Shown here piece by piece: positions 1 through 12,883 of a DNA stretch of 64,000 nt; positions within the stretch are counted from its first letter, which is position 1, and the number at the start of each line of letters is the position of its first letter. This stretch comes from the human T2T-CHM13v2.0 reference genome, Homo sapiens. The notes under the pieces were generated by a model that was not told where the DNA came from, did no database searches, and saw only the letters and a list, made by a program, of their open reading frames with translations. A program made the position numbers and the translations under genes. Location of the stretch: the NCBI RefSeq assembly GCF_009914755.1, contig NC_060929.1; one strand, given 5' to 3'.

Positions 1-939
1 TAAGTAGCAGACTATTGATAATGGGCCTTAAATCAGATCATCATGGTTTAAACATAAGATTCTTAAAAGGCAGCTATCTCAGGGGAACTTCTACTTGCCT
101 GCACCTGTTATAAACCCTGCAAGACAGTTTCTACTACCTACCACCTTCAACTTCTCTGAAGAAAAAAGAAGGATCTATTAAACACACATACACATATGCT
201 GTAACACATTTCACCATGTACAATGAAGCATGAAAGCAAAGGTGGCAATTAATATAACTTTTTGCTCTATTCCTTCAAAAAATGTGCAGAAGCAATATAT
301 CTCTCTCCTAACACTAATGAACCCAGACTACCAAGCCCCACATACACCTCACATGGATAACAGCAGTTTTGTTGTGCTTTGGAAATGTCTTACTTCAAAA
401 GCATTTCAACTTGATGTGGCCATTTAACAAGAAAAGTGAGAGAATGCATGGAGTTTAGAGGTATGCTGCACCAAACTCAAGGCACCATGTTAAAAACAAA
501 GGCATCTAATTTTTCCCAGACATAAATAATAAAACAAAACAGGAGTTGCATGCAAATTTAGTAACATAAAATTTAAGGTGATAAACAGAATGGAAGCTGG
601 CTTCTTGTTTAGTATTCCTCAGTTATCACCATAATTGCTGCATGTCTGTCATCACTAGCAAAAGAAAAAAGTGTCTTTCTCAGCTGCTCCCCTGCTTGTT
701 TTGTTCGCTGTATTCTTGTAAAGTGGGAGAAAATAAGTGTCATTTAATGAATAGTGCTATTCTTTGTCTGACAGCTTCATATCTGTTAGGTGTAGGAGGC
801 CTACTACTTTCTTTTTCTGATAATGTTTTTGACAGTGTGCTAAATTCCTCCCCCAAAAGGCCGGCGTGTATATTCTGCTAAAAGGGGCTTCATCTCTCCT
901 GAATGGGTGCCCTCTTTTAACCCCCTTCAGCTTCTGTTC

Positions 940-1075
940 TTACATTAATTGAGCTGATCAGATTGAGCATATGAATTTGTCTTTGATGTATTCGTATGTT
1001 TAGTTGACGTTGCTCTCTCTCTCATTGGCAGCGGACAGAGCTCTCAGACAAATAGGACTGTTGCCATGGTAACAG
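940..1075. promoter_or_regulatory. Candidate enhancer/promoter module with RFX X-box
   Basis: GTTGCCATGGTAAC at 1060-1073 (X-box consensus, within near-palindrome CTGTTGCCATGGTAACAG). Nearby are ATTGG 1024-1028, TGACGT 1005-1010, CTTTGAT 981-987, CATATG 968-973 and TAATTG 946-951, in non-repetitive DNA. Confidence 0.6.
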
Positions 1076-3620
1076 GCAATAGCTAGGGATCTCTTGAAAA
1101 ATATTTTTATTTCAAAATTCAAACTGGAAAATTCTCACTGGATATGGTTCTCAGTTCTAAACGTGTCATATCTAATGATGAATGCAATTAGGAATCCCAC
1201 CAGTGTTTTAAATAATAAATTAGCCTAATTTTCTAGGCCTGGCATGATGACATACAAATACTAAAAAGGCGTCTTCTTTTTTAAAATCCATGACAAAGGA
1301 CTTATTAATGACTTTTGTTCTTAGGATTTCAAATTAAAATGGATGGTAGGCTAATGATAGCGCTTTCTATCTGCTGAAAATCAGAGGCCTAGAGGTAAAC
1401 TTATTATTTTTTTTAAGAAACCACTTCAAGCTGCTGTAATATTTGGTTATTTCATTTTTTAAAAAGCGGGTGTAGAAATCCTTCTATAAATGTTGAATGC
1501 TATAGCAGTTGGTAAATCTCAGTGGATAAAAAATGCCCATAGCCATTTTTAATTACTGAGCATGAGAAAAAGGGATGGATGGTGAGCCTAAGTTTTATAG
1601 TCCACTATCATCTTACAATAGCTTTCAAATTCTTAGTATGTTAGTCGAAATACAAGGAAAAAATAAAAATAAGTACTTCATTATGTGACATAAATTGTAG
1701 TTATTTTTAAAACTTAATTTATTCATGACTATACAATTCCAGTTATATTAATTATTATTTCCCCCAGTCATACCATGTGGGGCTTAGAGAACAATGAAAA
1801 TTACTGTACAGTTTGATAGCTTCAAGGATCTGCCATAATGTGTAATCGCATTACAAAGAGGGCTACTAGAAACAAACCAAATTTTTCTATTCCTTAAACT
1901 TTGTTTTTAGCATTGTTCAGCTCTTTGTATCTGTTGTTCACGGTGTTATGTGTCAGAATGCAGAACTTAACTTTTTGATATTAACTGGCAAGGGTGCTAC
2001 TTCCTTTAATTTTGAGTTAAGCCAGTCACAATAATAAAATCAAGCAAATCCATGTGTATTTTGGGTTTGTTTGAAGGAAATGGATCTTACTCAAATTTTA
2101 GAATGTCAGCATACAAAATAATGAACAACGAGGTTAAATTAAATCCAAATGGTAATGAGTGTCTGTAGTACACGCCATCTCGTGTTATATATGGCTTTTA
2201 CATTTATATATTTTTAAAAAGTTTGTGTTTAAAGCAAAAAGATAGAAAAAAAGTTAAACCTAAGACATTAGTAGTTATGAATTTCTATACTTTTACTATT
2301 ACTTTAAATAAAAATTTTATTACTATGGCCTAAATAAAATATGAGTATTAAAAGTTTTATTCTATATTATACTACTAAACCACCTGAAATATTACTTTTT
2401 TCCTCAAAAACTGAAGTATAATATTTTCTATAATACCAAAAAAAAAAACCTTATATGAAACACTGCAGGGGACTAGCAAAGAACATCTTAGCTTCTACTG
2501 GTAAGTGAACATGTCTCCCTTTAACTATATTTCCAATCTACTTCATCAAAAATCCACAGTGAAGACAGTAAATCCAAATCTACTTCAGAGTTCACATTGA
2601 TGGCTGTGGCCTCCTAAAGCTCTCTGGAAGGTGAGGACATACCTAGGAGGTCCAGGCAGGAACCTCACCCCATCTGGCTGTCCTGAGAGTCATATATTAA
2701 TAGAAACAGTCCACTCTGAATCAGGAGGATGTATCTTCCTCCGTCAGGCTTTAGTTGTTCATCTGAGTTGGGGCAGTATGCTTTTGCATCCTTTCAGAGT
2801 GATTAAATGCAATTTTTAAAAGTTTATTTTATTGTTTTTTTAATTACAAAGGTAATTCATACTTACGCACAAAAACCAAAAAATATTGAAAGTGTCCCTT
2901 TATCTCCAAAGCTAACCACCCTGTATTAAAAGAACCACCAGCAATTGGTTATACATCCTTTCAGACCTCTAATCAAAACCATTTTTGAAAGTACAGGATT
3001 TCATTTACCTTCCACTTTATGACTCCTGATGACAAGTGATATGAGAAAGAGGGAAAGGAAAGCAGGAGTGTCTTTGTTTCTTTTTCCTATGCCTAAACTA
3101 GATAGTAAGATATGAGAAAGAACACTCACGTTTCACTTCTCACTTATCAATAGTCACAACCCTCAAGTGGGAAGGGAGTGTGAATCCAGGTGGTTTCCTT
3201 CCCACCACTGTAAAAATCATCTAAGTGCCTAGAAGTCACAACCCTCAATATATTCCTGGTCTTCCAAGGTCTGAGCCATTTCCCTGATGGAAATAACTAT
3301 CCATAAGTGATGTTACATACGACTCACCAGAGTACCATATTACCATGCTGAGTTGGGAAAAGAAAGCCCTGCCTTTCAGTGTTTAAAATATTTTGAAAAT
3401 ACAAAGCATGAAGATGCCAGTTTCTTTTCTTGCTCAGCACTGCACAGATCTACTCCAAACACAGAGAGTCTCATTGACTTTGGCGCTGAAGGCTTAAATC
3501 AGCTCCATAAGTGTCCAGCAAGCCAAAATGAAAGCTAAACACACATTGTTACTGAAGCCTATGCTGCATTGCACAACTCCAGGGCTATAACTTAAAGACA
3601 ATTTACCTCAGAAAATATAA

Positions 3621-3818
3621 GGCAGCACAGGGCAGTGGCAAGAGACTTAGATTTGGAATCAGAATGACAGGGTCAAACATTTCTCACTAGCACCCAGACC
3701 TTAAGTGACCTCCCTGAGTCATAACGTCTTAATCTATGAAACAGGGATCATAATATCAGCCCTCGTCCTACAGTTATTGTGCAGTGAAAATGAGATAAAT
3801 ACGAATGTGCTTTAAAAT
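3621..3818 (+). mobile_element. MIR SINE (old, diverged)
   Basis: MIR-like blocks: ggcagcacagggcagtgg...tttggaatcaga, tctatgaaacagggatcataata, gaaaatgagataa. Confidence 0.65.
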
Positions 3819-5219
3819 ATATGTAGATTGCATTTAAACCTTATATTGTCTATATTTTTTAAATGAAAATCAAACCTATTGATTTTATAAATTACATTTT
3901 CCATAAAAATCTTCAAATTTATATGAATCAAGTGTGGATAACTAATTTAATCTTACAATGCCTCATGTTAAAATATGAAACATTAATTTTTAAAAACATT
4001 ACTTTTTTATAAAAATGGTTTGCTTTTTATAAAATATTTAACTTAAAAAAACAAATGCCCAATTCTTATATACCATTTTTTTCTGCAGTGGAATATGCTT
4101 TTAAATTCATTAATTTAGAAAGTAAAAAGATTAGAGAGAGAATTAGTCAAAGGCAAAAATTAAAGTTCTATAATTCAAAAAGTTAAAATTAATAAAACAA
4201 TTTAAAAGCAATATAGAATAGTTTATTTCAGTGTAAAATGTCTAGTTTGCACATTTCCGAAAATTTAAATATAGACTCATTAGTAGTTAGTCTATTATAG
4301 ATTATATATAAGCATTTATAGGTATATGTATGCACATTATATGATAGATATAAAATTAGGCAAGATGGCTATAAATACACAAAACCATTCTTCAATTGTA
4401 GTGGATTATTTTCTGAAATTTTATTAGTAAACTGATTATAAGAAATTGAAATACATTTTCTCATACAAATAATATTAATACGATGAAGTAGGATAAGGCT
4501 ACTTTAGAAAAAAGCCATCTGACTCGTAATTTACTGTAGAAATTAGTAGCCATATATGGAAAATAATTTCCTGTAGAAAATGCACATCTGTCCTTGCTAA
4601 AGCCAGACTGGTTCCACCAATTATTGGAGACTAGGAAAGGGGAGGTGGTACAATGGTCTGAGCTCTGAGAGCACAGAGAACAGATGCAAATTTATTTCCT
4701 TTTACAGGAAAGAAACAGACTCAACAGATCAGGAAGAGTAAAGGCTAATACTAAATTTGCTATTTTCTGCTACATAGTAAAAGGTCAATAATTATTAGCC
4801 AACATAACGTTACATAGAAGAACTAAGCAGGCTGGGATCTGCAGGAAGTTGGAAGAAGTTGAGGAAGTAGGACAGGACCAGGAACGTTGGCATTGTGGCA
4901 GCAGCAACAGATAGGAAAAGAGGAGAGCCTGAAGACGGATTTTTTTCTTCATAATACTACCCCTCCTTGTCCCCACAAAGCTTGTCCTGGGTCAGCCCTA
5001 AACTAACACCAGGGCAAAGTGAGAAGCACCATGAGAAACCAGTGGGTAAGGAAGATATATTTCTGTAGATGATAGCACCAGGCTTGATATTGATGAGAGA
5101 TAAAGGGAAAGGAAATAAGTCCAAGTGTGGTGACTGACAAGGATAGGGATGTCTGAAGCCAGGGGCTGGCTGTAAACATTTGTGTTTGAAGTGACAAGTG
5201 ACTCAAAGGAGACAAATAG

Positions 5220-6780
5220 TGTCCCTTGATCACTCCCTCTCTCCCTGAGAGCCTCACTTGGCTCTCAGAACACCATATTCTGCTAGTTTTTCTCCTACTC
5301 CAGTGACCATTCTCAGTCTCCTAACTGGATCCTCCTCCTTCCAACTTCTAAATGTTGGAGTGCCCTAGGCCCCCAGATCTCAATCCAAGATGATTTTAGT
5401 CAAGTCCATCATGGCTTATAAATACCATCTGTATGCTGATTACAGCCCACTAATTCCAACCTCAATCTCTCCTGAGTCCCATATTACTATGTCCATCTCC
5501 TACTCTTCCTAGATGTCTTAAAGCCCTATCAAACGTAGTATCTCCAAAAGAGAATTCTTGATTTTTCCCCAAAACTTGATTCTCTCCCAGGTTTCCTCAT
5601 CTCAATAATCATATGCTCATTCATATAGTTGCTCAGGCCTGGGAGACATCCTTGATTTGTTTCTTTCATATCTCACAATCTATCAGCAATCTTTTGAGTT
5701 CTATTTTTCATATTGTTTAACTCAGGATCTTCAAAATAGATGCCAAAGTCCAATTACTTTTTACTATCCCCATCAACCTAATTCCAACTTTTCTATTTCC
5801 ACTCTTTCTACCTTTAGAGTCTATGCTTCTTATAGCAGTCAGACAGTATTTTTAAAGTATAAGTCAGATTGCATTCCTTCAACTCCAACACCTTCCAAAG
5901 ACTTGCTATCATACAAAATCAGCCTACCATTCAATCTAGTCTCTGGTTACCTCTCTGACCTCCTCTCCTTTGTCTCTCCCCCTACTCATTTAGCTCCAGT
6001 CCTAAGGGTCTTCTTGTTCTTCCTGGACTATGTGAAGCTTGTTTCTGTCTCTGAACAGAATAGCATATGCTGTTCCCTATGCATGATGTGCTTGTCCCCA
6101 GAAATTTCCATGGCTTGATCCCTTGGATCACACAAATATTTTCTTACAGATGTCTTCCCTGGTTTTCCCACTTTCAAAAGCACCTACCCTATATCTGTAT
6201 GGGCTTTACTTCATAGCTTTTATTACTACCTGACATTATGTTACTTTTTATTGATACATAATATTTGTACATATTTATGGGGTACATGTGATATTTTGTT
6301 ACATGCATAGAATATGTAATGATCAAGTTAGGATGTTTAGGGTATCCATTACCTCTTGTATTTATCATTGCTATGTGTTAGGAACATTTCAAGTCCTCTC
6401 TTCTAGCTATTTTGAAACATATGATACATTGTTATTAACTATTGTCACCCTACTCTACCTTCGAACACTAGAACTTAAATACTAAGTGTATGTTTGTACC
6501 CATTGACCAACCTGTCTTCATCCACCCCCCTCACCACCACCCCACACCCCTGCACTTCCCACACCCTTCCCAGCTTCTGGTATGTTATTCTACTCTACGC
6601 CTCCTTGACATCAACATTATGTTACATATTTATTCACTGGTTTATTGTCTGCTCTCCATAGAATGTAAACTTCATGAAAGTAAGGATTTTATCCAACTTG
6701 CTGTCTATCTACCCCTCTACAGCCTAAAATGGTTGTGATCCAAACTAGGTACTCAGTGTATGTATGTTAATTGCTCATTC
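5220..6780 (+). mobile_element. L2 LINE 3' region, interrupted by an L1
   Basis: L2-like blocks ctaaatgttggagtgccctagg, aaataccatctgtatgctga and tagaatgtaaacttcatgaaag. The element resumes after the L1 insert. Confidence 0.75.
6245..6613 (-). mobile_element. L1M (L1MA-like) 3' end inserted into L2
   Basis: L1 3'UTR reverse motif atttatggggtacatgtgatattttgttacatgcatag. 12-bp TSD acattatgttac at 6233-6244 and 6614-6625. Confidence 0.85.
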
Positions 6781-7473
6781 AGACACTCCAAATCTTTCAT
6801 GATTTACAATAGAAAAATATTGGTTACTCATATTGACACACATAAATCATGTTTTACAAAAGAAAAATGTTATGTTACATGGACTTTAATCCTTCTTTCA
6901 GAATATACTTTGCACAATTTTTTTGGAATAATTTTCTCAACCAGCCTGATTCTTCAAAAGCAGTTAAGACTTTTAAAAGTAAGTACTTTCTAGAATTATG
7001 CTACAGGAGAAGGGAAAATGAAAAGGCTGACAAATTCTTTACTCTTATATTTTTAAAATGTGTTCTGAGATTTAAGAAGTAGTTATGTAACTTTTCCTAG
7101 TGAGATTTTGTTAAATATTTTACTATTTGACAGTTTGTGTCACAGTTTTTCACGCTGTATCTGGAGTTATGAATGAAACTATAAATGGCCTACTACTATG
7201 ATCTAAAGTAAAAATGCCAAGGGTAAGGAGTTCATTTATTTTAATGGGTTAAATACCCCAAGGTCATTGGCTACCTTTTGCACAAATACTAAAGCCCTTT
7301 GAGAGCTACAAAATTGAGTATTTGATTTTATTTACTTGTCATGTACTCAAAGTGAGTAGCTAACAATAAAATTATCTTTAAATATATAAATACCACTACT
7401 AAAATAACTGATATCTATAAAGTGATTACTTTGGGCCAGCTATTATTTGAAGTTTTTTATTTGATAAACCATC

Positions 7474-7620
7474 TAATCCTTGAAACAACCTTACAAAGTA
7501 ACTCCATTTTACATATAAGAAAAGTGAGGCACTGAAAGGTAGGCTGTTCAAAATCACACAGCTAGAAGATGGTAGAGCTGAGATATGAGTCTAAGTAAAG
7601 CATGTAAACTTAACCACTGT
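7474..7620 (-). mobile_element. MIR SINE
   Basis: ccattttacatataagaaaagtgaggcac...tcacacagctagaagatggtagagctgagat. Confidence 0.7.
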
Positions 7621-8338
7621 GAAATTATATCATTTGCAGCTTGTTCCATGATTCTGCTAGCAAAATGTACATTAGTTAGTAAAACACAGTTTTCATATGC
7701 AACAGATTATCATTGATGGGAAGTTTTTCCTCATACTGTACATTGAGGGCAGCAAATCACCCTTTTGTTCTGAAAATGTTGGTCATGGTAAACAGTTTAT
7801 TAACACATTGCACATCTTCTAGTTTTCTTCCATTCTTTAAAGGTACATTGGTTAAAATCATATTTAACAGAAAATACATTTTAATTAGTGATACTGAAGG
7901 TATAGAATTCCTAGAAGAGCAAGACTTTATCATAGAAAATTAAATTACAAATTATTGTGACATAAAATTTTATTTTAAATGTATTCCCTACTCTGAATTC
8001 CAAACAAAAGGCATCATACTTTATAAACATTATCTTAAATTGGTTTTTACACAACTTTAATACATTAAAGGCCACACAAAAATTTCAAGAGGCAAGTTAA
8101 TGATGAATCATGTGTTTTTAGGGTCCTTAAAACTAAATGTTTGTTAGCATTTTATCTGATAGCCAACAACTTTTTGAGGTCATTCTCATTGTAAAGTAGA
8201 AACCAAAGAAATTAAAAAATTATTTGGACTTTAAAACTCTTTTTAGCACAGAATAATACAGATGTACTAAGCCACATTAGGCATTGATTTCTTATCCATA
8301 TACTTTTTAGCAGCTTAAATTTCTGTGCCATGGATATG

Positions 8339-8403
8339 TTTGTCTTTTTAGGTAAATAACCTAAAAATCAGGGTTTTTTAGGTAAATAACCTAAAAAGAC
8401 AAA
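8339..8403. repeat. Compound inverted/direct repeat
   Basis: 15-bp perfect inverted arms 8339-8353 and 8389-8403, overlapping two exact 23-bp quasi-palindromic direct copies (8345-8367, 8375-8397). Confidence 0.95.
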
Positions 8404-11400
8404 TAAATAATAGTTTGCAATAGGGCAAAGGGTCCCCAGACTAAATCAAGGTTACTCATACGTAATCTAACTGCCAAATAGGGCCAACATCCGTTAAACA
8501 TATAAGCTAATACTTTTTAAAATCACTATAAACATCCTATATGTTAGATTGTTCAACACTCTGCATTCTACAGGCATGCCTTGCACTCCAGCTGTAGCAG
8601 TAAAATTACTGAAACTGTAATTCTCTTAATATTTAAATAATATATTAAAATTTAATTTTCAGCACCTGGAAGAATCTGTTTGTGTGCCAGCAAATGAGGT
8701 AGCTGGGCCTGGAGCTCCTATACATATGGGACTCAAAAACAACCTATCACAAATAATTACTAAGCTAGAGCAGCTGTAGTCACCACTGTAATAATTTAAA
8801 AATCAGGTCAAAGTTGCTAGAATTCTTTTCCATTTTCAAGATACCTTGCACATAAATTCTGTGATGCTTATCCTTTTCTATTTTCCATATTTTATAAATT
8901 ATTCATTTTTATTGATAATCATAGATTGAGGTGGAAAGGACAGCAAGGGCATTCTGTGAACTTTTTTTTTTTTAAGTTGGTGATGTTAAAAGAAATTAAG
9001 CTCCTGATTTCTTGGGTTTTTTAAATGGCTTACGTGAATGTGCCAATGCAAAGGCATATGTATTTGTTACATCTGTTTATGGTAGGGATTACATACTCTG
9101 TGAATAAACAAAACTAAGGCCTATTTACTGCTCGATGGATATGGCTTTCGAACACACGTTGTGTGCGTATAATATATGAGTCTAAATAGAGATACACTCA
9201 CACACATCATTAACAAAATACTCTTTAATGTATCCTCTATGTATTTTTATTTTGTCAAATCATGATGCCATCTGGTTCATGTACAAAAGAAAAATACAAA
9301 AATTATAAGTTTTTCATTTATTAAATTTGAACAAATTGCTGAGGGATGAGGCTAGTGAAGATTCAAAAACATTTTGTATATTTTCACATCTATGAAAATA
9401 AAACATTTTGAAAGGATGTCTGATACAGAGACAATTCCTAAGTTCACAACCCTATCTGGAACTGGTTACGTGTTATGTCTCTCCAATCTCTCAGCATTCC
9501 TTATCTACTTACTGAGAAACAAAAATTCAAGAGAGCAACGGACATTTGGGATTTTTTTTTCATCACTTTAGTGAGATTTACATGCTTTTCCCAAAAGCTC
9601 CAGACCAAAAAAAAAAAAAAATTAATTTGAAAAGTGTATTCAGTAAAAGAATGGCAATGGCAAGACACTCCGTTTAAACAGAAACTTTAATTGCTTTGAG
9701 TTAATTTTAGATTTCCAATCCGATTCTTGTATATGAAAAAACATCTAAATATCTGTTTTTAGAAAGTGTCTAATGGCATCCTACACCTGATATTTAGAAA
9801 GAAAATAAGATATTTTGTTGGAGGGAAAGATGGAGATTAGGGGATAGGGAAAAAAATGTACCAAGAATTTATACCCTATTACCTTCAATCATTTTGATGC
9901 AAGTCATTCATACCACCACCATGCTAACAAGACATCCAATTTACTAAACAATGAATACTGAAAATACATTTAAAAGGTACAAATGACTGTCCAAAGAATG
10001 ACACTGAAAAATATTAAGTAACAGCTCTACCTCAAGATAAGCCTCACCATTAAAGAGTTTTAATGAAGAGAGCCTTCAAAGGCTAAATCAGGAGGCATTG
10101 ATTAGATTGCCTCCAACTTTGTGTTTTGACACCTTCGTCTTTCGTGGCATTATATTGTCTCTGTGCATCTTACAAAGGAAGCATTTTACTAGGCCCACAC
10201 AAGAACAGGAGACAGCAATGCTTATAAAAGAGACTGTCAAGGGTGTGAGCCAAAATGGGTCTCATTTGGATTTCAAGTGAAGAAAACTCCTAATGCATTT
10301 CATTACAATGTATGCGAACCTCTGAAAAGAAGGATGGATTGGGATTCTCATCCCTATTAATTTATTGAAATGGATTCAGTTTTTTCTTGTATATCAAGAG
10401 AGACCATGTGTTTTAAGCAAGGTAACAATATTATAGTTCCAATAACCAAATATGCTATGATTCCGTATGCCCTTCTGTGAGATAAAGAGGATGCAATTTT
10501 CTTGATAATTGGGATTTGAGTTTAAAAATAAATCCTACAATAGCATGGCAACAAATAAATATTCTTTGTTACTACCAGTTTTAAAGATATGATCAAGCTG
10601 CTACACAACAGAGGAATTGATTCAGTCTTTGTTACCACAGCAGATTTTTTTACCATTTTAAATCCTGTTTTCCCCTTACTACAGTCATTCATATATTGAC
10701 TTTTTATTTCATTGAGAAATTATGTACATGATGTAATCAGGATAACACCAATGAAAGTCAAATTTTTTAAAAGATAATGAAAAGAAAATGAGACAAGGTC
10801 ACAGCATTTTAAGCACCATATTATAGTCTACCTATATACCTTTATTCATAAGAATCTTCTAGTAAAAGGCATCTATTAGGTAATTCATCATTTAAAAAGG
10901 GTACCTATTAGGTAATTTCTGGTTTAAAAAGAAAGCACTTATATTTGGCCGATTCTCCAAATTCATTAAAATGATACCTGCCACTAAAAAAAATTCTGAA
11001 CCCTAACTACAGAGAAATGCCATGATCTAATGCTCTTAGACATCCCAAATAATTTCATAAATCCACAGGATTACAAATATAAGACATATGCTCTCATTGC
11101 TCTTTAACACCATTAACATTTAGAGATGATTGATTATGTTATATGAAAACATTCAGTGAATTCAAAGCTGATCTATTTTTTATGTAAATCATACAACCTG
11201 CTAGTCAAATTAAAGGTTAAATATACATAAAGTCTTAGAATAAAATACAGATAATCTTTCACATAGAACATGGACCTATGGTATACTCAAATGTAATAGG
11301 ACCATGGATTCATACATTGCCTACTAATTAAATCCAGAAAAACAGCAGGAGTATGCCCTCCTTATGTTATTATACATTTAATTCCAAGTGGGAATAATAT

Positions 11401-12781
11401 AGCCACAGCTAAGTAGAATTTAAAATTATGGCTAGAAAACACAATTGAAAATAAATGTACATTTGCAAACTTGAAAAGAACTCTCTATAAAGAAATTCAT
11501 ATTCATCATTTAAATTTTCCCATGGATGTGACTATAAAATAGATGCAGAAATAATACACATAAATCAAATATTCAGCATGTGCACATACATGTTGATGTA
11601 TGTATCAACACATACATTCCTTAAGCAATAGAAAATATATAAAAATTCTAACAGCAAATCTCAATTAACTTTAGTATATGATTACTTTTATAAGAAAGTT
11701 TATACAGTTCCCTGTAATACATACAATAGAGGAATTTTTGATGAATTGTAATTAAATTAGAATGATGCATGCTTCTTATTTTTATCTTGACAGTTCTTGC
11801 ATTCTCAAGCAGAGAATTACATACAGATATACAGCAGGTTACTTGTTGAATAATGTATTTCAAGTACTTAAAATTACGGAGGGAGTTGCTGAAGATCTAC
11901 ATGTGAATACATATTTTGGCCCTAATTTTCATTACTGCATTTCTTCAACTGAAGGTATTTTATAATATACTTACAAAGCAGTTAATATCAGAGTTTTTTT
12001 TCAGAACATAACAAAGGTAATAATACTACCTTTATGGTATAAACTTTATGACATTATGAATAAAAATGACAAGTATAAAATTTGATCCATAAAATAAGTG
12101 ATATATTAATTCACCTTTTTAAAGATATTATGTGTTGCTCCATTTTTTTGACAAGGCTTCCATTCATACTAGAGACATGTTGAAAAACACTATATTTTCT
12201 CTCAATAAGGAAAATCACTTTACCCACTATCATGCTTGTTCTGTCTCAATAAAAAATCAATCATCAAATGCTTGCTTCCAAGTTTTACTTGTTAAACTGC
12301 CAATTTATGCATACAGTTTGGCTCGGCAGAAATTCACTCAGCAGCATTTCTTTCATTATTATAATTTTGTACATCTCATAAAATGCTTTAAACTTAGGAG
12401 GTAGGGGGAGTTACGAAAGTTTATAAGTGCTTCTACGAAGCATTTAATGTGATAGCTAAAGTATAGTGGTAAGATGTAGTTCCAAACCATCATTTTTAAA
12501 GAAAAAGAAAAACTATATCGTTTCTGTGGTTTTTCAAAGTAATAAAGGCCTGATTGATCTCACTGACTAAGGCAATTGAATCGGTTGTCTAAATGGTAGT
12601 AACATCAATGTCAGATATGTGGTTATCTTTTCATCTTGGCCCATTCTTGAATGTAAAAATCAGATGTTTGAAGGACATTTCACTGACCTGTTATGGCCTC
12701 TGTAACTCTCAGACACAATACTGGTATTCCTTATGTAAGTGCCACATTTTGGATAAAACCCGCTTCATCAATGATGCCTTT

Positions 12782-12883
12782 GCGACATCTGGCGGTCCTT
12801 AGGATATAAAAATTACTTTTTGTTTTTCCAAATCTATCGGTACTTGAAATTCCAGTCCAAAAGGCTTTGATACCCCCTAGCGG
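12782..12883 (-). promoter_or_regulatory. Two tandem CTCF-like motifs
   Basis: Minus-strand CCGCCAGATGTCGC (12782-12795) and CCGCTAGGGGGTAT (12870-12883), close to the core CCRSYAGRKGGCRS. CpGs are retained in a CpG-poor region. Confidence 0.6.

Noticed and set aside
5657-6118. 153-aa ORF
   Set aside because: Lies within degenerate L2, starts at a non-ATG codon, and shows no recognisable protein or splice pattern
10091-10114. ggaggca...tgcctcc hairpin as a small RNA
   Set aside because: The 7-bp stem is too short for a pre-miRNA and is expected by chance
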